Part shown: positions 39,564 through 48,129 of the stretch, piece after piece
How positions within the stretch are numbered: the first letter of the stretch is position 1
Layout of the letters: every line of letters starts with the position of its first letter
Assembly: GCA_963675525.2 (NCBI GenBank)
Contig: CAXXSL010000013.1
Location: 608,001-672,000 of the forward strand
Length of the DNA stretch: 64,000 nt
Origin: Anaerohalosphaeraceae bacterium
GTDB taxonomy: Bacteria; Planctomycetota; Phycisphaerae; Sedimentisphaerales; Anaerohalosphaeraceae
Direction: 5' to 3'
Position numbers and translations under genes: made by a program
The notes under the pieces: generated by a model
What the model saw: only the letters and a program-made list of their open reading frames with translations
Databases searched by the model: none
Told to the model about the DNA's origin: nothing

Positions 39564-39592
39564 ATTATACCATTGGAGCTAATAATTAACAA
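39564..39592 (-). promoter_or_regulatory. Sigma70-type promoter of the MNT-HEPN cassette
   Basis: TTGTTA-N17-TATAAT directly after repeat R1; ATG 9 nt downstream. Confidence 0.6.
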
Positions 39593-39601
39593 GGGGGTAT
39601 T

Positions 39602-39646
39602 TTACCCTTCCTTTTCCTTTTGGATTTCGGCAAATAAATTTGATGG
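39602..39646 (-). repeat. mutS 3'-end copy R1, fused in frame into the hydrolase gene
   Basis: CCATCAAATTTATTTGCCGAAATCCAAAAGGAAAAGGAAGGGTAA versus mutS CCATCAACCTCCTCGCTGAAATTCAGGAGGAAATGGAAGGGTGA. Confidence 0.8.
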
Positions 39647-40816
39647 ATCATAGTTGGCATCGCGTAATGCCTCGACAATGAAAAGATTGATTTCACCGGC
39701 CGCCTCTGCGGCTTCTTTTCCGCCAACATTCATCACCACACAGGTCGCATAGTTCTGGTCAGGAACAATATGCACAATGGCATAACCCCGCCCCCGGCTT
39801 TGACCGGAGTGCCAATAAACCGGTCCATTTGCCCACTCTGTTGGCTGTACACGCCATCCGACGGTTGTGTAACGTGCCCCCTTGATCTTGTCGGTTTCAA
39901 CGACCGTGTACATCTGCCTGAATGTCTCTTGTGTGATCAGGGAATCTTTGGCTCCCCCGCCTTGCATCCCACGTAAATGAAACGCAGCAAATCGTCCAAG
40001 ATCAATGACCGAGCAATGGACGCCCCCCACAGGACTTCGGCAAAGTGTTGTCGGCACAGGAGGCAGCGGTACGATTTCTCCGTTTCTGTTCTGATGATAC
40101 CACGGTCCATCCAAACGGTCCGGCGGTGCTGCCATCGGCCCAAAGCCTGCTGTATGCATATGCAGTTTGAGGAACAAAAGCTCTGTAACGAGTGTTTCCC
40201 ATGATTTTCCTGTCGATTTCTCGGCCATGCTGGCGGCGATGACTCCACCGCCGCTATAGATATAAGCGGAGCCCGGCAGGACTTCGGGTCTGTCCGCCAA
40301 CGCCGCAGACACATACGCGACGCGTTTCTCCATGAGTGTTTTTCCTTTTGCGTCAATATCGGTTTGAGACATCGTTGGCTGATAGGGAAGTCCGCTGGTA
40401 TGACTGAGAAGCTGGCGAACCGTCACTTTTTTATAACCACCATAGTGACCGGGAAACATTTCCGGGAACATTTCTCCGATCGTCGTCTGCCAGTCTAACT
40501 TACCCTGGTCTTTCAAAATACCCATAACCGTACCCGTAACAGGCTTTGAAATCGAACCCAATTCAAATGCGTCGTCACGTGTTACCGGAACGTCTTGGCC
40601 CCATTTTCGCAGGCCAACGGCAGATGCCGCAACAACATCATTTCCGATGACAACAGATGCAGCAATCGCCGGCAATTTCCTTTTTTCTCGAATTTCCTCA
40701 AGTCGAGCACACAACGGCTTCGGATCACGAATGACGATGTCTGCTCTTACATAGGCAGTTATGCCAAAAAGTAAACTCAGGCAAATCAATATAGAAATTT
40801 TTTGTTTAATATTCAT
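39602..40816 (-). CDS. Secreted serine hydrolase (beta-lactamase-related family)
   Basis: GSISK, LLSHTSG, YS, HSG. The last 12 residues (NLFAEIQKEKEG) match the mutS tail. Confidence 0.85.
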   Translation of the reverse strand: MNIKQKISILICLSLLFGITAYVRADIVIRDPKPLCARLEEIREKRKLPAIAASVVIGNDVVAASAVGLRKWGQDVPVTRDDAFELGSISKPVTGTVMGILKDQGKLDWQTTIGEMFPEMFPGHYGGYKKVTVRQLLSHTSGLPYQPTMSQTDIDAKGKTLMEKRVAYVSAALADRPEVLPGSAYIYSGGGVIAASMAEKSTGKSWETLVTELLFLKLHMHTAGFGPMAAPPDRLDGPWYHQNRNGEIVPLPPVPTTLCRSPVGGVHCSVIDLGRFAAFHLRGMQGGGAKDSLITQETFRQMYTVVETDKIKGARYTTVGWRVQPTEWANGPVYWHSGQSRGRGYAIVHIVPDQNYATCVVMNVGGKEAAEAAGEINLFIVEALRDANYDPSNLFAEIQKEKEG

Positions 40817-40834
40817 ATCTTTTGCTGCACATCA

Positions 40835-43459
40835 TCACCCTTCCATTTCCTCCTGAATTTCAGCGAGGAGGTTGATGGCTTCGATGGGGGTTAGGGTGTT
40901 TACTTCGAGGCCTTTGAGTTTGTCTAAAACCGTTTTGTGTTTTTGGACGAAGAGCAGTTGTTCGTCGGTGGTGGTTTTGTTTTTTGACAGATGCTGGCCA
41001 GCGGCTTCTTTGGCGAAGGTGTTTTCGAGGTCTTTGAGGATCTCACCGCTGCGAGTGAGAATCGTTTTCGGAATACCCGCCAGTTTGGCAACATGAATAC
41101 CATAGCTTTTGTCCGTACCGCCCGCGATGATCTTATGCAGAAAGACCACATCGCCAGCCCATTCGCGCACGGCCACGTTAAGATTTTTGACATTGACCAG
41201 CAATTGCCCCAGCTCGGTCAGTTCGTGATAGTGTGTAGCGAACAACGTCCGGCATTTAACCGTATTGGCAAGATGTTCGGTGATCGCCCAGGCCAGCGAC
41301 AGGCCGTCATAGGTACTCGTGCCACGCCCCACCTCGTCGAGAATGACCAGCGAGCGGTCGGTGGCGTTATTGATGATATTGGCGGTTTCGGTCATCTCGA
41401 CCATAAACGTGCTTTGTCCGCGTATGAGTTCATCGGAAGCGCCCACGCGGGTAAAGATGCGGTCGGCAATACCAATCTGTGCCTTTTTCGCGGGGATGAA
41501 CGAGCCGGTTTGCGCCAGCAGGACCAACAGCGCGACCTGCCGGATGTAGGTACTCTTGCCCGCCATGTTCGGGCCGGTGATGATTGCCAGGTCCTTACCA
41601 TCATCGGACAGGTTGACATCGTTGGGTACAAATTCGGCCCCCAGCGTCTGCGCCAAAACCGGGTGTTTGCCTTCAATGATGATTAATTCTTTGCCGTTGG
41701 TGATTTTCGGGCGAACGTAATGATGCTGACGTGCCAGATACGCCAATGCCGAAAGACAATCGCACATCGCTAACACCATCGCCAATTCCTGCAGGCGGCG
41801 GATGTATTTGGTTGTCTCTTCGCGCACCTGCTCAAAAAGCTTATACTCCAATTCGAGCGCCTTTTCACGGGCACCGAGAGCTTGCTCCTCGTATTTTTTC
41901 AATTCGTCGGTGATATACCGCTCGGCGTTCTTTATAGTCTGTTTGCGGACGTAATCAGCGGGGATATTGGCCCTGTCCACGGCGGCATGGCTTAGCTCGA
42001 TATAATAGCCGAAGACCTTGTTGAAACCGATCTTGAGCCGCTCGATGCCGGTGCGCTGAACTTCGCGCTGCTGGTATTCGGCCAGCCAGCTTTGGCCGTC
42101 TTTGGCAATCGACCGCAGTTTGTCAAGCGATTCATTAAAGCCGGCAGCGATAACCCCGCCGTCCCGCAGATGTGACGGCGGCTCCGGCTCGATGGATTGC
42201 TCCAACAGGTCGGCCAGTTCATCCATACTGTCGCATCGGCTTTGCAAATCTTTGAGCATCGGCGTCTGGCAGTCGGCCAGCAAGCTGCGCACCTGCGGAA
42301 TCGTCCGCAGGGTCGCCCCCAGCGCCACCAAATCCTTCGGCGAGCTTCGCCAGGTGCTGATGCGCGCGACAATGCGCTCCAGGTCGGCGATATGCTTGAA
42401 CTGTTTTCGAATGTCCGCACACAATGCATCATTGCAAACGAATTCTTCAATCGCATCCTGCCGGCTCTTGATAGCGGCAACTTCCCGCAGCGGCATACAC
42501 ACCCATGCCCGCAACATCCGCGAACCCATGCCGGTCGCCGTCTGGTCAATGCATTCTAATAATGTGCCTTTCGTCGATTCGCCGCGTATCGTTCGCAAGA
42601 CCTCCAGCGACCGCAGCGAGACCGGGTCCACCTGCAAATACTTTGTCGGCTTGACCAGGCGAAGCGAGGTAATATGATTCAGCGCGGTCTTTTGCGTTTC
42701 ATCCAGATATTCCAGAATTGCCCCGGCTGCGCGAACACCCTCGAAATCATCCGCAATACCGAAGCCTTCCAGCGTGTTCGTTTCAAAATGCTTGAGGAGT
42801 TTTTCTTTGGTGCTGAACGGGTCGAAATACCAGCCGGGCCGTTCGGTAATGACGGCGCCGGTGAGCTGTTGGATTTGCTTGACGAGTTTTTTTTGTTCGG
42901 CCTCGAACAACTGGCCGCGGCATTCGGCCAGCAGGACTTCGCGGACGCCGAGGCGGAGCAGTTCGTCGAGGATTTGTTTTTCGCCGACGGCCTGCACATA
43001 GAAATGCCCTGTCGAAATATCGACCCATGAGATGGCCGCAGCTTTTCGGCCCAGGCTGACAGCACAGAGGAAGTTGTCCTCTTTGGCGTCCAGCAGCATG
43101 TCGTCGGTGAGTGTGCCGGGGGTGACGACTCGCACGACGTCCCGCTTGACGACGCCCTTGGCCTGTTTGGGATCCTCGACCTGCTCACAGACGGCGACCT
43201 TGTAGCCGGCCTGCAGCATCTTTTTCAGATAGCCGTCCACCGCATGATACGGCAGACCCGCCAGCGGAATCGGATTGCCGCCGCTTTTGCCCCGGCTGGT
43301 CAGCACCAGACCCAGCACGCGCGAGACAATGTGCGCATCCTCGTGGAATGTCTCGTAAAAATCGCCCATGCGAAAAAACAGCACCGCATCCGGATATTTC
43401 TGCTTAAAATGGTGAAACTGCTTCATCGCCGGCGTCAGTTTTTCGTCCGCTTTCGCCAT
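40835..43459 (-). CDS. mutS: DNA mismatch repair protein MutS
   Basis: TPAMKQF, FRMGDFYE, GPNMAGKST, GQSTFMVEM, DEVGRGTSTYDG, FATHYHEL, SYGIHVAKLAG. Confidence 0.98.
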   Translation of the reverse strand: MAKADEKLTPAMKQFHHFKQKYPDAVLFFRMGDFYETFHEDAHIVSRVLGLVLTSRGKSGGNPIPLAGLPYHAVDGYLKKMLQAGYKVAVCEQVEDPKQAKGVVKRDVVRVVTPGTLTDDMLLDAKEDNFLCAVSLGRKAAAISWVDISTGHFYVQAVGEKQILDELLRLGVREVLLAECRGQLFEAEQKKLVKQIQQLTGAVITERPGWYFDPFSTKEKLLKHFETNTLEGFGIADDFEGVRAAGAILEYLDETQKTALNHITSLRLVKPTKYLQVDPVSLRSLEVLRTIRGESTKGTLLECIDQTATGMGSRMLRAWVCMPLREVAAIKSRQDAIEEFVCNDALCADIRKQFKHIADLERIVARISTWRSSPKDLVALGATLRTIPQVRSLLADCQTPMLKDLQSRCDSMDELADLLEQSIEPEPPSHLRDGGVIAAGFNESLDKLRSIAKDGQSWLAEYQQREVQRTGIERLKIGFNKVFGYYIELSHAAVDRANIPADYVRKQTIKNAERYITDELKKYEEQALGAREKALELEYKLFEQVREETTKYIRRLQELAMVLAMCDCLSALAYLARQHHYVRPKITNGKELIIIEGKHPVLAQTLGAEFVPNDVNLSDDGKDLAIITGPNMAGKSTYIRQVALLVLLAQTGSFIPAKKAQIGIADRIFTRVGASDELIRGQSTFMVEMTETANIINNATDRSLVILDEVGRGTSTYDGLSLAWAITEHLANTVKCRTLFATHYHELTELGQLLVNVKNLNVAVREWAGDVVFLHKIIAGGTDKSYGIHVAKLAGIPKTILTRSGEILKDLENTFAKEAAGQHLSKNKTTTDEQLLFVQKHKTVLDKLKGLEVNTLTPIEAINLLAEIQEEMEG

Positions 43460-43466
43460 GGGGGAA

Positions 43467-43481
43467 GATTATACCGGATTG
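43467..43481. repeat. 15-bp direct repeat containing the mutS -10 box (second copy at 45013-45027)
   Basis: GATTATACCGGATTG exact in both places; the minus strand carries TATAAT. Confidence 0.7.
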
Positions 43482-43519
43482 GTCGAAATTCACAACAAAT
43501 AGATGGGGAATTTGACAAA

Positions 43520-43607
43520 CATGCTTGCCCAAGGGCAAGCATGGCACCCGCACAGTTACTATCGGCACAAGAAAACAGGGTGCCATGCCCACGCTCGCGT
43601 GGGCATG
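43520..43607. repeat. REP doublet (class B plus class A, inverted)
   Basis: CATGCTTGCCC-AA-GGGCAAGCATG-GCACC and GGTGC-CATGCCCACGC-TC-GCGTGGGCATG. Confidence 0.9.
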
Positions 43608-43615
43608 TTAACGCC

Positions 43616-44179
43616 TCAAAATAAGACAAACCGGTCAATCGGAATTGGTTCATCCTGTCCTGTTTTCCATGCGTTATAACTGGACCATTTCCAATCCGAT
43701 TTCAGTTGGACTAATCCCCTTCTTACCGGATTGGCATGAACATATCGAATCTTCTCTGTAATGTCATCCCGGCTCCGCAAATTCCGGTCATAACCGCCGC
43801 CCCGCTGCCAGAATCGATAATGGTATTCTCCGCTGGGCTGGACATCCATCATTTGAGAAAGCATTGCCGGGCAATCGTTTTTTACATACAACAAGGCCTT
43901 CTTTGAAACAGATTGTTTTATTGTCGTCAAGATTTGACTGATTTTAATTCCGTGATTCGGTAATATTATAACGTGTACATGCTCCGGCATAATCACATAC
44001 CCCAAGAGTGCGTACTGCCCCTTCGTTCTGCCTAATTGGAGCGCCTCAAGCATATAGCCGCAAAAGATTTCACGCTGAAAAAACACCTGCCGTTTGAAAC
44101 AGGAAAATGTCAGACAATGCGATTGTCCATTTTTATCATATCGCTTGCACTGTTTTCGATATATCTGTTGATTTTCCAA
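43616..44179 (-). mobile_element. REP-associated tyrosine transposase (RAYT, Y1/HUH family)
   Basis: LTFSCFKR, YVIMPEHVH (HUH), FWQRGGGYDRNLR, YVHANPVRRGL, WKWSS. Flanked by REPs. Likely TTG start at 44179 after AAGGAG. Confidence 0.9.
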
Positions 44180-44196
44180 AGTATTTCTCCTTCTTA

Positions 44197-44225
44197 CATG
44201 CCCACGTAAACGTGGGCATGGCACC
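44197..44225. repeat. REP class A
   Basis: CATGCCCACGT-AA-ACGTGGGCATG-GCACC. Confidence 0.9.
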
Positions 44226-44297
44226 CAGCTATCGGATGAATTGGGGAGCGAGACAGATTATTCCATATCTGTCTCTTTATTTCACCCCAGAGCAAAG

Positions 44298-44786
44298 TCA
44301 ATTGTTTGGAATGGTCAGCAATCCCGAAACATAACGATCTCCATTTTTCCATTCCTCATATGCTTTTAGTTCATCCGAAGTAACTTCGCCATTGCTTAAG
44401 AAGTGTGGTTTCCAATATTTCCAATTCTCCAAAGTAAGAGCCATATGTTTACGACCTGTGGTTGTCTGCCCACCATCTTCGCTTATAAATGCGTCATTGA
44501 ATCGATTTTTTCCAAAGTATAAGGATTGTATAACATCTCCCGAAGGTTTTTCTTCGAAAATATTATTGTAATAACAAATGTGTATTAGATTCTCTTCTGC
44601 TAATAGTACCTTGAGTACTTTGTAGCCACCGTTATCACACTGAAACGAATAGTATTCGCCAGAATGGACTTCTTTATCCTCTTTCCCCTCATTTCCTCCT
44701 GGGCATCCAACAAACATAACACTTATAAAAATCAGGAATATCACAAACGCAATCCTATGAGTCATAATACTTCTATTTTTCATCAT
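44298..44786 (-). CDS. Hypothetical lipoprotein, AT-rich
   Basis: Lipobox-like FVGC after a hydrophobic stretch; lies between REPs. Confidence 0.6.
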   Translation of the reverse strand: MMKNRSIMTHRIAFVIFLIFISVMFVGCPGGNEGKEDKEVHSGEYYSFQCDNGGYKVLKVLLAEENLIHICYYNNIFEEKPSGDVIQSLYFGKNRFNDAFISEDGGQTTTGRKHMALTLENWKYWKPHFLSNGEVTSDELKAYEEWKNGDRYVSGLLTIPNN

Positions 44787-44915
44787 ATTCTGTCCCTTTC
44801 TTGAATCTCACGGTTATACTACCATTTGTTATTTATGCTGGTTAATTTTACTATATTGATATGGGCTGTCAATAATCTGCTACCAAAAATCACCCCGACT
44901 TTACCATTCAGCCAA

Positions 44916-44991
44916 GTGCCATGCTTGCCCTTGAGCAGGCATATTTTAGTAACCTTGTTTCACATGCCCACGCAAGCGTGGGCATGACACC
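44916..44991. repeat. REP pair (degenerate class B plus class A)
   Basis: GTGC-CATGCTTGCCC-TT-GAGCAGGCAT and CATGCCCACGC-AA-GCGTGGGCATG-ACACC. Confidence 0.85.
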
Positions 44992-45045
44992 CTTTCAATA
45001 TTTGTTTTTCTTGATTATACCGGATTGTCGCCGAATAACAATGTT

Positions 45046-46181
45046 TCAATGTGTTTTTTTGCTGCGGGTTTGTCTTGTGACGTGGAGAATTTGGCGCAAG
45101 ATAAAGAGTTGGCGGTCGGTGAAGCAGACCGGGGTTTGGGGGTTAAAATCGGCAACCTTTAAAGCTGCCAAAAGGGTTTGGGTGAGCTGGTCGATTCCGT
45201 CGCCGGTCTTGGCACACAGGCGAACGTATTTGCTGTAGATGTTCTCGTCGCTGCTTCGGTGTTAACAGGTCGCATTTGTTCGCGACGATGACGCCCTTAA
45301 AGCCACCCAGCGAAAACAGCAAGGACTGCGCCTGCAATTCCTGCGTGGCGTCATAGACAAAAATATTCATATCCGCCGAACGAATCAGCTGATTTGTCGC
45401 CTGTTGGGCAGCAGCGTCAATTTCATGCTGCTGCACAAGCGCCGCATCCAGACCGGCGGTATCATAGATATCCGCCAGCAACGGCCCGATTTGGCAGGTG
45501 ATACTTGACCCAGTCGCGCGTGGTTCCGGCGGTGTCGGTCACAATAACTTCATCATTTCCCGCCAGCAGATTCAGCAATGTACTCTTGCCGGAGTTGGGC
45601 GGACCAATCAGAACGATCCGGCAGCGGTTGATGAAATGTCGGGCCCGGCCGGTCTTGCGAAGCACCTGGTGGCACTGCGCCCAAAGCTGCTGCAGCGACA
45701 TGGCATCAAAATTGTTTAGCCAGTTTTGCGCCAGCGGCAGCAGTCCAACAGTTAACTGGTATGAGATGATCTTCGCCCCGGACAGCGTCGCACAGGTCTG
45801 CATGGCCTGCCCGGCCTCCGCCTCGATAAGGGTTTGAGATCGCGCCTTGTGTTTCTCTTCGGCAAACCGTACCGCATCCGTCAATGTGGCCCCGTTCGAT
45901 TGACACAGCTTAACGATCTGCTCGACCAGCAACGGATTGCCGTGACAGTGGATCACAAATTCGTTTTCGCCCTCACAGCCGACGAGAACCTCATCAACCA
46001 TGCGGTCGCCATCGATAACTGAACCGTGCCTGATGGACCCGGCGGCCGAACGTTTGCCTGCCCGAAACACCTTATCTAAAATCATCGGTGCCTCGGCCCC
46101 GGACAGCGCCACCGACGCGATCGCCGCCATGCCCCTGGCGGTCAGCACACATACGGTTGTCTTTTCTGCCTGATCCATCAC
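45046..46181 (-). pseudogene. MnmE/TrmE-like GTPase with two apparent frameshifts
   Basis: MnmE N-domain ([12 protein letters not shown]), G1 [14 protein letters not shown]; then DTAG and NKCD in a second frame and xAKTG in a third. Confidence 0.7.
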
Positions 46182-47141
46182 GCTTCCGCCGGTTTAGACG
46201 CGGTTATCCAAGTACAACCGACCTCATCGGACTGTACAATAATTTGTGCATCGGCAAATCCTGCCTGTTCCAATAAATCCATTAACTCGGCCTGTGAATA
46301 GGCGCCCACCATGACATTAAACAACGCGGGAATGAATGGACCCGTCTTCGCATCGTTCAAGGCAAATTCCTGAATGGCGACCATGCCGCCGGGAACCAAT
46401 GATCGAAAAGCCTTTATTAATTTCTGTAAAGCGTTACTGGTCGCCCCGTGCAGGACATTGGACAACAACACAACATCGTTGCCGCTGCCGAAGCTGTCCG
46501 TATCACAGTTGCCCTCGCATACTGAGATGCGGTCGGAGAGGTTTTCCTGCTCGATCATCTGTCGGGCAATGGCGATTGTTTCCGGCAGGTCAAAGACCGT
46601 TGCGGTCAGTTCCGGGTATTTTTGGCATGACAGGATCGAATACAACCCCGGCCCGCCGCCTAAATCGAAGAGTTTCTTTCGGCCGGTCAGGTCGATATGG
46701 TCGATGAATATCTGCCCGCGTGGAGCCGCGGTAATGTCGCGCATCCCGAGAATGAAATCCCGATGCGGCTGATCGGGCGTCTCCTGCGGCGGCGTGCTGA
46801 AGAAATCATTGGGCAGCTCGGCCCAGTAATCCCAGACCCGTGCGGCGTGCGAAATGATGTTGCCCTGATACAGCGGTTTGCCCTCGACCAGATAGGTCTG
46901 CGACAAAGCGGTATTGACATAGACAACCGCCGTCGGCGTGCAGGAGGTTCATCCCGCAGCAGGCGATCAGGATCTTTTGCAGTAATTCCGGCTTGGCCGA
47001 ACACAGCGAAGCCAACGCCTCACAAGTTCGCCCTTGCCTTTCCAAATGCATAATCAGTTTCAGCTTGACCGCGGTCTGCAGAACACGCGACGCGCGATAC
47101 CCCCATGTCAGGTCATTCAGATAGCTTAGTTCGGAATCCAT
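46178..47141 (-). pseudogene. O-methyltransferase (dimerisation plus SAM domain), frameshifted near 46910-46930
   Basis: YRASRVLQTAVKL dimerisation domain in one frame; DLGGGPG, VFDLP, LSNVLH in another. Confidence 0.75.
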
Positions 47142-47142
47142 G

Positions 47143-48006
47143 TCATTTCTTTTTGCCGGCCTTTTTGTCTTTCTTTTCGAGTTCGGCGATGTCGGCTTTT
47201 TCGAAGAGGAATTTTTTGTAGGCGATCATGATGCCGCGGACGGTCAGGTTGGACACCCAGGAATCCACGAACTCACAATCGTCTTTGATGATCGCCGGCC
47301 GCCCCGCCGGTTAAGAATCACATGGGGCCATTTGCCGATCTGCTCGGCATACTTGCGGCACATGGTTTCCAGACAGCCCCACCGCCGACCAGTACACACC
47401 GGCCCGCATGGCTTCTTCGGTATTAACGCCGTAAACCTCTTTCAGGCTTCTGCATGGCAACCTTGGGCAGTTGAGCTGTGGTGGCTGAATTCATCACCGC
47501 CAGTGAAAAATCAAATCCCGGACTAATCGTTCCGCCCATGAAGACGCCCATTTTCGTCAACCAGGTCAATCGTGACCGCCGTGCCGAAATCGGCCACCAT
47601 CGACCGCATCTTCCACGACCGCAAACGCCGCGGCGGCATTGACCAGCCGGTCCGCCCCCACCTGCAAGCGCATCGTCCACGGCCGTTTCAATCGGCAGCG
47701 GCACATCTTTGCCGATGACCAGCATTTTCGTTTCCAACTCGTCCTGCCACCAGTTGGCCCACCGATTCCGTCCATTCGCAGGTTTAACCGAACAAGCCAC
47801 GACCATGCAGTTCTTCACCGGCTCAGACGGCACTTTCCACCAGCGGCACACGGTCCCAGCACTCGGCCAGTACCTCCATCACCTGTGACGACCATGGCGT
47901 CCGTATCGTTAGCCGTTGATACGCTTTTAACCAGCTTTTCCTCGTCATCGAGAAAAAACGCCACCTTAATTCTTGTGTTGCCGATATCAATCGCGATCAG
48001 ATTCAT
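47143..48006 (-). pseudogene. coaX: Type III pantothenate kinase with several frameshifts
   Basis: IAIDIGNT, VGADRL, DFGT, GGTISPG, VILTGG motifs distributed over different frames. Confidence 0.75.
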
Positions 48007-48042
48007 CTGTCTGTCCTTTATTACTATTCTGTATTGTCTCTT

Positions 48043-48117
48043 CATGCCCACGCAGGCGTGGGCATGGCACCCAATGATCGTTATCGCGGGTGCCATGCTT
48101 GCCCTTGGGCAAGCATG
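48043..48117. repeat. REP doublet (class A plus class B, inverted)
   Basis: CATGCCCACGC-AG-GCGTGGGCATG-GCACC ... GGTGC-CATGCTTGCCC-TT-GGGCAAGCATG. Confidence 0.9.
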
Positions 48118-48129
48118 TTCATCGGTGTT

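Noticed and set aside
37312..40816. Calling the two serine hydrolases antibiotic-resistance beta-lactamases
   Set aside because: The SxxK/YxN/HxG motifs are shared with esterases and peptidases, and nothing here indicates substrate.
36105..40888. Classical integron or CRISPR interpretation of the repeats
   Set aside because: The repeats are coding-derived and lack attC-like inverted structure. The spacers are whole genes of 0.7-1.6 kb, and no intI or cas gene is in the window.
44180..44224. ORF-track N-terminus of the RAYT (MPCPRLRGHV)
   Set aside because: This is a translation of a REP palindrome; the RBS supports TTG 44179.
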